This document shows, piece by piece, positions 47,906-55,868 of a DNA stretch of 64,000 bases. A program made the position numbers and the translations under genes. Position 1 is the first letter of the stretch, and each line of letters begins with the position of its first letter. Origin of the DNA: Clostridia bacterium (GTDB taxonomy: Bacteria; Bacillota; Clostridia; Oscillospirales; CAG-272). Below the pieces are notes generated by a model. That model was not told the DNA's origin and did not search any database. It saw only the letters and a program-made list of their open reading frames with translations. The stretch is from contig JAFXFN010000018.1 in NCBI GenBank assembly GCA_017520505.1, positions 184,061 through 248,060 on the forward strand, read 5' to 3'.

Positions 47906-50562
47906 TTTCTTATCCTTCTCTGAACAAATTTAACCGTTTCAACTATCGGTATAACGATTATAGCCAGTGCGAGCGCAACACCGTATTCAGCAAGGCTTAT
48001 GTGTTCAAAGCCGAACGCTGTGCTGATGCCAGGCAGATAAATAACCGCTGTTGTAAGGATAAACGAAAGCAGCATAGCACCGTAAAGGAACAGGTTATGA
48101 GTCTTTATTGAGAAAACGGATGCTTTTACTGAGCGCATATTGAACGAATGGAATATTTCAGCCATTGACATCGTCAAAAATGCCATTGTCATACCGTGAG
48201 AGCTTGTTTCAAGCGACCAGACGCCTGCTTCCATATAATGTCCAACAAGATAGGAAATAACTGTGATAGCGGCAACCATAACGCCCTGATAAACAACGTC
48301 AACACCGACACCGCCTGAGAAGATTCCGTCCTTGGGATTTCTCGGCTTGCGCTTCATAACGTCAGCCTCACCCTTTTCCATACCGAGAGCAAGTGCAGGG
48401 AAACAGTCTGTTATGAGGTTTATCCAAAGCAAATGTATAGGCTTGAGAAGTGTAAAGCCGAGAAGCGTTGCCGTGAAAATTGCCACGACCTCGGAAAGGT
48501 TTGAGGAAAGCAAGAACTGAATAGACTTTCTGATGTTGTCGTATATTCTTCTTCCTTCTCCGACAGCTGTAACTATAGTTGCAAAGTTATCGTCAGCCAA
48601 AACCATATCGGCAACATTCTTTGTAACGTCAGTACCTGTGATACCCATACCGATACCGATATCGGCACTCTTTATTGAAGGCGCATCGTTTACACCGTCG
48701 CCCGTCATTGCGGTTATAAAGCCGCGTGAGCGCCAAGCGTTTACTATCTTGACCTTGTGTTCGGGCTGAACACGTGCATATACAGAATATCTGTCAACGA
48801 TCTTCGCAAATTCTTCGTCGGTATATCCGTCGAGCATAGCGCCTGTGATAGCCTGCGATGCATCTGTGATTATTCCAAGCTCCTTGGCGATCGCCACAGC
48901 TGTGTTTATATGGTCACCTGTTATCATAACAGGACGGACACCTGCTTCCTTACACTGTGCAATAGCTGCCTTTACCTCGGGACGGACAGGGTCTATCATT
49001 CCATAATGACCGATGAATATAAGGTCGTTTTCGTTGTTCTCACAAGTGAGCTCTTCAGGCATTTCATCATACACTCTGTAAGCGCCCGAAAGCACACGCA
49101 AAGCGGAGTCTGCCATAGCCTTATTTTCGCCCGCAACTCTTGCAATTATGTCATCAGTAAGTGGAATAACATTTTCGCCGTCAAGATAATATTTGCAATG
49201 CTTCAGTATTTCATCGGGTGCACCCTTTGTAAACTGAATGTATTTTTCACCGTTTTTGTGAACGGTCGTCATCATTTTTCTGTTGGAATCAAAGGGAAGC
49301 TCGCCAACTCTCGGCATATCAACTTCTATAATTCCCTTTTCAAGTCCGAGCTTATATGCATAATTTACAAGCGCACATTCTGTAGGCTCGCCTGTTGCGT
49401 TCTTGGTTTCATCAAGAACGGCATCGGAGCAAAGCGCCATACATTTTGCAAGGAGCGTGGGATTTTCCGTTACTTCCTTGACAACGGTCATCTTATTCTG
49501 TGTAAGCGTACCCGTTTTGTCAGAGCAGATTATCTGTGTACAACCAAGTGTTTCAACCGCTGTGAGCTGTCTTATAACAGCATTTCTCTTTGACATCTTC
49601 GTAACGCCCATTGAAAGAACGATGGTTACAACTGTCGCAAGACCTTCGGGTATTGCGGCAACCGCAAGAGAAACGGCAACCATAAATGAATCAAGAAGAA
49701 CATCAAGCTTACCGTTCATAAGCTCATTCCAAGCGTTTTCCGTTGTGAAAAATCCGAACAGGAATATGAATATACTGATACCTATAACGAGATATGTCAG
49801 AATTTTTGAAAGCTCCGCAAGCTTCATCTGAAGGGGTGTTTTACCGTCCTTTGCATTTGCAAGCGCATCAGCGATCTTACCCATTTCGGTGTTCATACCG
49901 GTTTCGGTAACGACCGCAACGCCTCTGCCGTATACGACAGTCGAGCCCATATATACCATATTTTTTCTGTCGCCGAGGGGCACATTGTCACAAACAGGAA
50001 GCGCATCCGCTGTCTTGTTAACGGGAACACTTTCACCCGTCAGAGCCGCTTCCTCAGCCTTGAGGCTCGCACTTTCAATAAGTCTTGCATCCGCTGGAAC
50101 GGAGTCGCCTGCTTCGAGGATTATGATATCACCGGGTACAAGCTCATCTGTCTTTACGTGCATCAAAATGCCGTCACGCATTACCTTTGCGTTTGCGGCT
50201 GTCATTTCCTGAAGCGCCTCTATTGCCGCCTCAGCCTTACTTTCCTGAACAACACCGAGGACCGCATTTATGATAACAACGGCACCGATGATGAAAACGT
50301 CGGTAAAGCCTTCGCCGCCCTCACCCTCAACAATGGCAAGAAATGCGGAAACTGCCGCCGCAACAATAAGAATTATTGTCATCGGATCGGCAAGCTGTTT
50401 TAAGAATCTGTGAATGAGAGATTCTTTTTTTGCTTCCTTTAATTTGTTTTTTCCGTACTTTTCAAGTCTTTTCTGTGCCTCGCCTGCCGTAAGACCGCCC
50501 TTTGTACTTTCAAGCGACTTTAACGACTCGTCAGCACTTTTAAAATAATACTGCATTGTCAT
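47902..50562 (-). CDS. P-type IIA cation-transporting ATPase (Ca2+/Mn2+ exporter type)
   Basis: Phosphorylation motif CSDKTGTLT, hinge TGDGVNDAPS, TM4 IPEGL, TGES-like TGESVP. An alternative start lies 6 nt downstream (50556). Confidence 0.9.
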   Translation of the reverse strand: MTMQYYFKSADESLKSLESTKGGLTAGEAQKRLEKYGKNKLKEAKKESLIHRFLKQLADPMTIILIVAAAVSAFLAIVEGEGGEGFTDVFIIGAVVIINAVLGVVQESKAEAAIEALQEMTAANAKVMRDGILMHVKTDELVPGDIIILEAGDSVPADARLIESASLKAEEAALTGESVPVNKTADALPVCDNVPLGDRKNMVYMGSTVVYGRGVAVVTETGMNTEMGKIADALANAKDGKTPLQMKLAELSKILTYLVIGISIFIFLFGFFTTENAWNELMNGKLDVLLDSFMVAVSLAVAAIPEGLATVVTIVLSMGVTKMSKRNAVIRQLTAVETLGCTQIICSDKTGTLTQNKMTVVKEVTENPTLLAKCMALCSDAVLDETKNATGEPTECALVNYAYKLGLEKGIIEVDMPRVGELPFDSNRKMMTTVHKNGEKYIQFTKGAPDEILKHCKYYLDGENVIPLTDDIIARVAGENKAMADSALRVLSGAYRVYDEMPEELTCENNENDLIFIGHYGMIDPVRPEVKAAIAQCKEAGVRPVMITGDHINTAVAIAKELGIITDASQAITGAMLDGYTDEEFAKIVDRYSVYARVQPEHKVKIVNAWRSRGFITAMTGDGVNDAPSIKSADIGIGMGITGTDVTKNVADMVLADDNFATIVTAVGEGRRIYDNIRKSIQFLLSSNLSEVVAIFTATLLGFTLLKPIHLLWINLITDCFPALALGMEKGEADVMKRKPRNPKDGIFSGGVGVDVVYQGVMVAAITVISYLVGHYMEAGVWSLETSSHGMTMAFLTMSMAEIFHSFNMRSVKASVFSIKTHNLFLYGAMLLSFILTTAVIYLPGISTAFGFEHISLAEYGVALALAIIVIPIVETVKFVQRRIRK

Positions 50563-50594
50563 ACCCTTTCACAAATTAATTTGTTATGATATTT

Positions 50595-50710
50595 AAAAAG
50601 ACTCATACATCTTTCAATGTATGAGTCTCATTTTTTAATGATAAACCAAGCTTTCGCCGGAAATGTTGACTTACCAAACGCCGCACGGCGCAAACTACTC
50701 CCTCAAAAAT
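50595..50710 (-). promoter_or_regulatory. Candidate yybP-ykoY (Mn2+) riboswitch with terminator expression platform
   Basis: The minus strand has the ordered blocks GAGGGAGUAG (50706-50697), GUCAACAU, a GAAA-capped hairpin, and UUUAUCA...UGAGAC. GACUCAUACAU (50627-50617) pairs with AUGUAUGAGUC (50610-50600), followed by UUUUU (50599-50595). The element lies directly upstream of a P-type ATPase. Confidence 0.6.
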
Positions 50711-50720
50711 ATTAAATTTT

Positions 50721-50795
50721 TGGAGCTGGTGGAGGGATTTGAACCCTCGGCCTATTGATTACGAATCAATTGCGCTACCCCTGCGCCACACCAGC
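50721..50795 (-). tRNA. tRNA-Thr (anticodon CGU), CCA encoded
   Basis: Manual cloverleaf: acceptor GCTGGTG/CACCAGC, D stem GCGC/GCGC, anticodon stem ATTGA/TCAAT with loop TTCGTAA, T arm GAGGG-TTCAAAT-CCCTC, discriminator T, then CCA. Confidence 0.9.
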
Positions 50796-50805
50796 AAATT
50801 TAGTG

Positions 50806-50833
50806 TTGACAAATTTAAAATACGTGGTATAAT
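50806..50833 (+). promoter_or_regulatory. Near-consensus sigma-A promoter reading toward rsmA
   Basis: TTGACA (50806-50811), 16 nt with TG extension, TATAAT (50828-50833). Confidence 0.6.
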
Positions 50834-50849
50834 CTTTACAACGGAATAA

Positions 50850-50878
50850 ATTATATCATCTTTTTTCAGTTTTGTCAA
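50850..50878 (-). promoter_or_regulatory. Consensus sigma-A promoter reading toward tRNA-Thr, the riboswitch and the ATPase operon
   Basis: Minus strand TTGACA (50878-50873), 17 nt, TATAAT (50855-50850). Confidence 0.65.
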
Positions 50879-50916
50879 TATTATTTCGGAAAATTGTGTA
50901 AAAAACAAGGAGCATT

Positions 50917-51794
50917 ATGCCAAAACTCACAGATATATCATACGTCAAAAAACTGATGGAAGAAAACGGTCTTACATTTTTAAAAAAATACGGTCAGAAT
51001 TTTCTTATTAACGAGAGCGTGCCTTTAAGAACTGCAGAAATGTGTGAGGATGACACATCCTGCGGTGTTATAGAAATAGGTCCCGGAATCGTACACTTAC
51101 CTCAAAGCTTGCCGAAAGATTCAAAAAGGTCGTGGCAATAGAGATCGATACAAGACTTATCCCCGTGCTTGATACGACACTTGCCGAATACGATAATGTA
51201 ACCGTCATAAACGGTGACGTTATGGACTTTGATATAAATGACCTTATAAATGAACATTTCGAGGGAATGGACGTTTGCGTGTGCGCAAATCTTCCCTACT
51301 ACATAACAACACCCATCGTTATGAAGCTTCTGGAATCCTCTGCAAGGCTCAAAAGCATAACCATACTTATACAAAAAGAGGTTGCGGACAGACTTTGCGC
51401 AAAGGCAGGAAGCGCCGAATACGGCGCAATAACGGCATCTGTTGCATATTATGCATAGGCGAAAAAGCTGTTTAACGTATCGGCAGGCTCGTTTATGCCC
51501 GCACCCAAGGTAGATTCCACCGTTGTCAAGCTGTCGCTTTACCCCGAAAAACCCGTAAAGCCGCAAAATGAAGAGCTGATGTTCAAAATAATAAAGGCGG
51601 CATTTTTACAAAGAAGAAAAACACTTTCAAATGCCGTTTCAAACACAGTAGGCATTTCAAAATCAACCGTCGGCGATATTCTTGAAGAAATGAACCTTTC
51701 ACGTGACATAAGAGGCGAAAAGCTTTCTATATCCGAATTTGCACAATTTTCCGACATTTTAATCACGTATATGAAAAATTCCTCCGACACATAA
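50917..51794 (+). pseudogene. rsmA: 16S rRNA (adenine1518/1519-N6)-dimethyltransferase RsmA/KsgA, disrupted by a 1-nt deletion and an in-frame TAG
   Basis: Three collinear ORF fragments carry KsgA sequence. Frame 1 reads ...EIGPGIVHLP...*, while frame 0 from 51090 reads (R)TLTSKLAERFKKVVAIEID. Adding one G at about 51091 restores GPGIGTLT. A TAG at 51456-51458 interrupts ...SVAYYA*AKKLFNVSAGSFMPAPKVDS. Confidence 0.8.
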
Positions 51795-51812
51795 TATTGT
51801 CGGAGGTTTTTT

Positions 51813-52088
51813 ATGCGGTTATTCGTTATTTTATTTACTCTTATATTTTTATTTTCGCTTACAGGGTGCAAAAACAAGTCCTCGGACATCGACGGACAGT
51901 GGCAACGCTTTGACACCGTGTGGAAATTTGAAAACGGCAAAGCACATATAAACGGAACAGAATATGAATTTTCTACAGACGGTGAAAAATTATTTCTAAA
52001 AAACAAAGTCAGACAAGTAGAGATACCGTATACGCAAAACGGTAACATGCTTGAAATAAACGGATCTAAATTCATCAGAAAAAACTGA
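51813..52088 (+). CDS. Small lipoprotein, function unknown
   Basis: Lipobox LFSLTGC after a hydrophobic signal. 91 aa. Confidence 0.55.
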   Translation: MRLFVILFTLIFLFSLTGCKNKSSDIDGQWQRFDTVWKFENGKAHINGTEYEFSTDGEKLFLKNKVRQVEIPYTQNGNMLEINGSKFIRKN

Positions 52089-52276
52089 CAGTATTACCCG
52101 AAAATAATTTACTTTTTTATGAAGAAATTTAACATCAAATGTAAGAAATAAAAAATTGTTGCGGGTAATATTGTATATATTAGAAATTTAATTTATTCTT
52201 AATCATTTCTCTTCTTGAAACTTAATACTATGTATGGTACAGTTTTAAAAAAAGATGTAGATGTAAAGGTAACACA

Positions 52277-54268
52277 ATGACTGATAGCATTAAACAGAAA
52301 GACTTTAAATTGCCCGGAGTTATTTACATTGCTCTGTGTATAATATATATGGAAGTTCTCGTGAAGTTATTCACACACAACACGTTTTTCAACATAGGAC
52401 TTTTGTTCATGCCGATATTTTCGTTTGCAACTTCATTTATCATATACGGATTTTCATTCCTTTTTAAAGAAAAAAACAGGCGCCTGTTTGTCGGCGGTTG
52501 CATTTGCCTTTTGCTGGTACTTTTTGCAACACAGACGATATACCACCGTTTTTTCAACAGGTATCTTATCGTTTATTCCATAACCGGCGGCGGCATAGGT
52601 CAGGTGCTTTCGGGAGATATTGCAAGAAATACTCTCAGCGCCGTTTTGATATCAACACCGCTTGTGCTCGCACTTGCCGTACCAACGGTCATTACATTTA
52701 TTTTTTATGACAAAATAACAGTATGTAAGGTGCCGAACAAAAAATGGTACATTTATCTTGTACCAACGGTAATATTACATATTACAGCTTTGAGCGTAAT
52801 ATCCCTGATTCCGTCAACATCGGTAATTCATTCGGGGCTTTTTGACCCCAATCACTCCATTGAAAGCTTCGGTGTACTTTATACCGAGGTGCTCGATATT
52901 AAATACAACATATTGAACTTCCCCCAAAAGCTTGTTATAGAAGACGAGGATGACTCGCAACTTGTGCAGTCCTCCGCATACAATATTTCAAATTTCGACT
53001 TTGAAAAGCTTTATGAAAATGAAGAAGACGAAACGCTGAAGACCATGCATAAATATTTCAGCGAAAAATCGCCCACGCATCAGAATGAATATACGGGAAT
53101 GTACAAGGGGTATAACCTCATAACCGTTGTAGCCGAAGCCTTTTCACCGTATGCTATAAGCGAGGAGCTTACACCTACGCTGTATAAAATGAAGACTGAC
53201 GGTTTTGATTTTACAAGCTTCTACACACCCATCTGGGGTGTTTCAACGTCAGACGGTGAGTATATAGTGTCAACAGGGCTTATACCGAAGTCGGGGGTAT
53301 GGAGCTTTTACGAATCCTCCGAAAATTATATGCCGTACTGTCTTGGCAATATGTTCCGTGCTGATGGGGTAAAAAACGTTTATGCTTACCATAACAACAG
53401 CTATACATATTACCGCCGTGACCTTTCGCATACTAATATAGGATATAACTACAAGGCATTGGGCAACGGTGTCGAAAAATACGTTGAAAACGTTTGGCCG
53501 CAATCCGATCTCGAAATGGTAAGCGGCTCTGTATCGGATTACATAAGTTCCAATGAGCGTTTTCATGCCTACTATATGACCGTAAGCGGTCATCTTGAAT
53601 ATGAAAAAGACAAAAATGCAATGGCATCAAAAAACTGGGAGTATGTCAAGGATCTGAAGTGCAGTGAGCAGCTTAAAGGATACTACGCCTGTAACATAGA
53701 GCTTGACCGTGCAATGGAAAAGCTGCTTTCCGAGTTAGAAAAAGCCGGAGTCGCCGACAAGACCGTAATTATGATAACCCCTGACCACTATCCATACGGA
53801 CTTGAGGCGGATATTGGTGATGAATATTCAGTATGGCGTGAGATATTAGGACGTGATGTGGAAACGGAATTCGAGCTATACAAGAGCTGTCTTTTGCTCT
53901 ACTGTCCTTCGACAAAAAATGCGCCGACGGTTGAGAAGCCCTGTTATTCAGCGGATATTTTGCCGACGCTTTTGAACCTTTTCGGATTTGAATACGATTC
54001 ACGCTTGCTTATGGGAAGTGATATTCTTTCTCAAAGCGAAGGACTTGCCGTAATGTCAAATCACTCGTTTATAAGCGAGCTCGGAAGGTATAATGCAACG
54101 ACCGAGGAATTTATTCCGAATGACGAAAACACCTTCGTATCAGAGGAAGAAAAGGAAGAATACATACAGGACATGAACTCAAGAATAAATAATATTTTCA
54201 AAATATCCGCAAAAATACTTGAAACCGATTATTACGGATATGTTTTGAGGGATAATAATGCAAATTAA
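52277..54268 (+). CDS. LtaS-type (sulfatase-fold) polytopic membrane phosphotransferase
   Basis: N-terminal multi-TM region followed by an extracytoplasmic alkaline-phosphatase/sulfatase-fold domain. The candidate nucleophile context is WGVSTSDGEY. Confidence 0.7.
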   Translation: MTDSIKQKDFKLPGVIYIALCIIYMEVLVKLFTHNTFFNIGLLFMPIFSFATSFIIYGFSFLFKEKNRRLFVGGCICLLLVLFATQTIYHRFFNRYLIVYSITGGGIGQVLSGDIARNTLSAVLISTPLVLALAVPTVITFIFYDKITVCKVPNKKWYIYLVPTVILHITALSVISLIPSTSVIHSGLFDPNHSIESFGVLYTEVLDIKYNILNFPQKLVIEDEDDSQLVQSSAYNISNFDFEKLYENEEDETLKTMHKYFSEKSPTHQNEYTGMYKGYNLITVVAEAFSPYAISEELTPTLYKMKTDGFDFTSFYTPIWGVSTSDGEYIVSTGLIPKSGVWSFYESSENYMPYCLGNMFRADGVKNVYAYHNNSYTYYRRDLSHTNIGYNYKALGNGVEKYVENVWPQSDLEMVSGSVSDYISSNERFHAYYMTVSGHLEYEKDKNAMASKNWEYVKDLKCSEQLKGYYACNIELDRAMEKLLSELEKAGVADKTVIMITPDHYPYGLEADIGDEYSVWREILGRDVETEFELYKSCLLLYCPSTKNAPTVEKPCYSADILPTLLNLFGFEYDSRLLMGSDILSQSEGLAVMSNHSFISELGRYNATTEEFIPNDENTFVSEEEKEEYIQDMNSRINNIFKISAKILETDYYGYVLRDNNAN

Positions 54269-55811
54269 CCTACTTTTTACGATAGATGAAAAGTACATAT
54301 CACCGCTTGTAGGTGCACTCGATTCATTTTACAAGGCTCACAAGGGTATAAAAACGAAGGTATTTATTGCACACTCTTCAATACCGAACGGTGAATTTGA
54401 CAAACTGCAAGAAAGATTTTCTCCGTTCGATGCGGAAATAATAAGTGTAAAAATAACAGAAAGATGGTTTTCGGATACACCGGTATTGGAACGGTTGCCC
54501 GAAGAATCGTTCTACAGACTTTTATCCTTTGACTATTTACCGAAGGACATTGACAAATGCCTTTACCTTGATCCGGATATTTTCATAAATAAACCCGTCA
54601 CAGAGCTTTATAATATGAATCTTGACGGCAAGTATCTTGCCGCGGCAAGCCATACATACGGAATAAAAAGCACCCTTAACAGGATAAGATTGGGTATAAA
54701 GCACCGATATTTCAACTCAGGTGTCATGCTTATGAATCTCGATGAAATAAGACGTGATTTCACCGTACAAAAAGTTATTGACTGCTTAAATGATAATATG
54801 CAGAAGCTCATCATGGGAGATCAAGACCTTGCAAATATTCTGTTCGGTGAAAAATCTGTATCTTTAGACGAGATGATATACAATCTTGACGAGCGTACGT
54901 TTAAGCATAACAGAAAGAAATACAGTCTCGACTGGGTTAAAGAAAATACCGCTGTAATACACTATAACGGAAAATTCAAGCCATGGCTTGACGGATATGA
55001 GGGTGAGCTTGATGTTCTCTATCCGAATGTGCCGTCAAAGGGTGCGGCTCCTAAAACAGATCCCAAAAAAAGAATAAAAACGATTCAAACAATAATCAAG
55101 CTCAAGCCACGCCAAAAAATAGTTATAGCAGGATTTCTTTTTGTTGTCATTTTGTGCATTGTGAGCTATCTGACTGTAGGAAAGGAGCTTATCAAGATCG
55201 TTTCCGATCCTGTCATTTTCCGTTCTTGGCTCGACAGATTCGGAAGCTTTGATGAGCTTGTATTCATTGCCATTCGTTCCGTGCAAACCATTATAAAGTT
55301 TATACCCGCCGAGCCGCTTGAGATAGGTTCAGGATACGCTTGGGGAGCTGTTCCGGGAATGTTATACTGTGTTTTTGCAAATATGATAGGCACGGTATTC
55401 ATATGGGTATTTACGAAAAAATACGGAAGAAAGTTTGTTGAATTTTTCATACCCATAAAACACATCGAAGCATTTTTTACGTTTAAAAATTCTTCTCATA
55501 TATATCTTCTGTTATTTCTTTTCTACCTGATTCCCGGTTCACCCAAGGACGGCTTTACTTATATTGCAGGTCTTCTGCCGATAAAGTTCGTACCATTTAT
55601 GATAGTGACAAACATTGCAAGAATGCCGTCTGTGCTTTCCTCAACAATGTGCGGTGCAACGCTTGCAAATAAAAATTATCTCATATCGGGGCTTATACTG
55701 TTACTTACCGCTGTATTGGCTGTTTTGGGAAGTGTAGCATACGTTTTTTACATTAAGAGAAACAAGAACAAACAAACAGCAACAGACAGCAAGGTTTTGC
55801 AAAAGCTTTGA
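54258..55811 (+). CDS. Fusion protein: GT8 glycosyltransferase (N-terminal) plus TVP38/TMEM64 (DedA-superfamily) membrane domain (C-terminal)
   Basis: GT8 motifs YLDPDIFI (DxD), FNSGVMLMNL and HYNGKFKPW. After a TM segment come the two DedA-type re-entrant motifs FIPAEPLEIGSGYAWG and LIPGSPKDGFTYIAG. The gene overlaps the LtaS-like gene by 11 nt. Confidence 0.7.
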   Translation: MQINLLFTIDEKYISPLVGALDSFYKAHKGIKTKVFIAHSSIPNGEFDKLQERFSPFDAEIISVKITERWFSDTPVLERLPEESFYRLLSFDYLPKDIDKCLYLDPDIFINKPVTELYNMNLDGKYLAAASHTYGIKSTLNRIRLGIKHRYFNSGVMLMNLDEIRRDFTVQKVIDCLNDNMQKLIMGDQDLANILFGEKSVSLDEMIYNLDERTFKHNRKKYSLDWVKENTAVIHYNGKFKPWLDGYEGELDVLYPNVPSKGAAPKTDPKKRIKTIQTIIKLKPRQKIVIAGFLFVVILCIVSYLTVGKELIKIVSDPVIFRSWLDRFGSFDELVFIAIRSVQTIIKFIPAEPLEIGSGYAWGAVPGMLYCVFANMIGTVFIWVFTKKYGRKFVEFFIPIKHIEAFFTFKNSSHIYLLLFLFYLIPGSPKDGFTYIAGLLPIKFVPFMIVTNIARMPSVLSSTMCGATLANKNYLISGLILLLTAVLAVLGSVAYVFYIKRNKNKQTATDSKVLQKL

Positions 55812-55823
55812 AAACACGAAATC

Positions 55824-55861
55824 AAAAGCACTTATGATAGTCGTCATCATAAGTGCTTTTT
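55824..55861. terminator. Bidirectional intrinsic terminator between convergent genes
   Basis: AAAA-GCACTTATGAT-AGTCGTC-ATCATAAGTGC-TTTTT. Confidence 0.8.
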
Positions 55862-55868
55862 CATTACT

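Noticed and set aside
51456-51458. In-frame TAG in rsmA as pyrrolysine or programmed read-through
   Set aside because: There are no pyl genes or a PYLIS-like context in the window, and the same gene also carries an independent frameshift. A nonsense mutation or a sequencing error is the simpler explanation.
51102-52075. Minus-strand ORFs (154 aa and 178 aa) overlapping the broken rsmA
   Set aside because: Their sequences are Cys/Phe-rich with no motifs, and they lie antisense to recognisable KsgA coding sequence. They are not credible replacements.
52092-52170. Inverted repeat TATTACCCG / CGGGTAATA upstream of the LtaS-like gene
   Set aside because: The arms are only 9 nt, separated by about 61 nt that does not extend the pairing. 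There is no U-tract and no known motif, so it is probably fortuitous.
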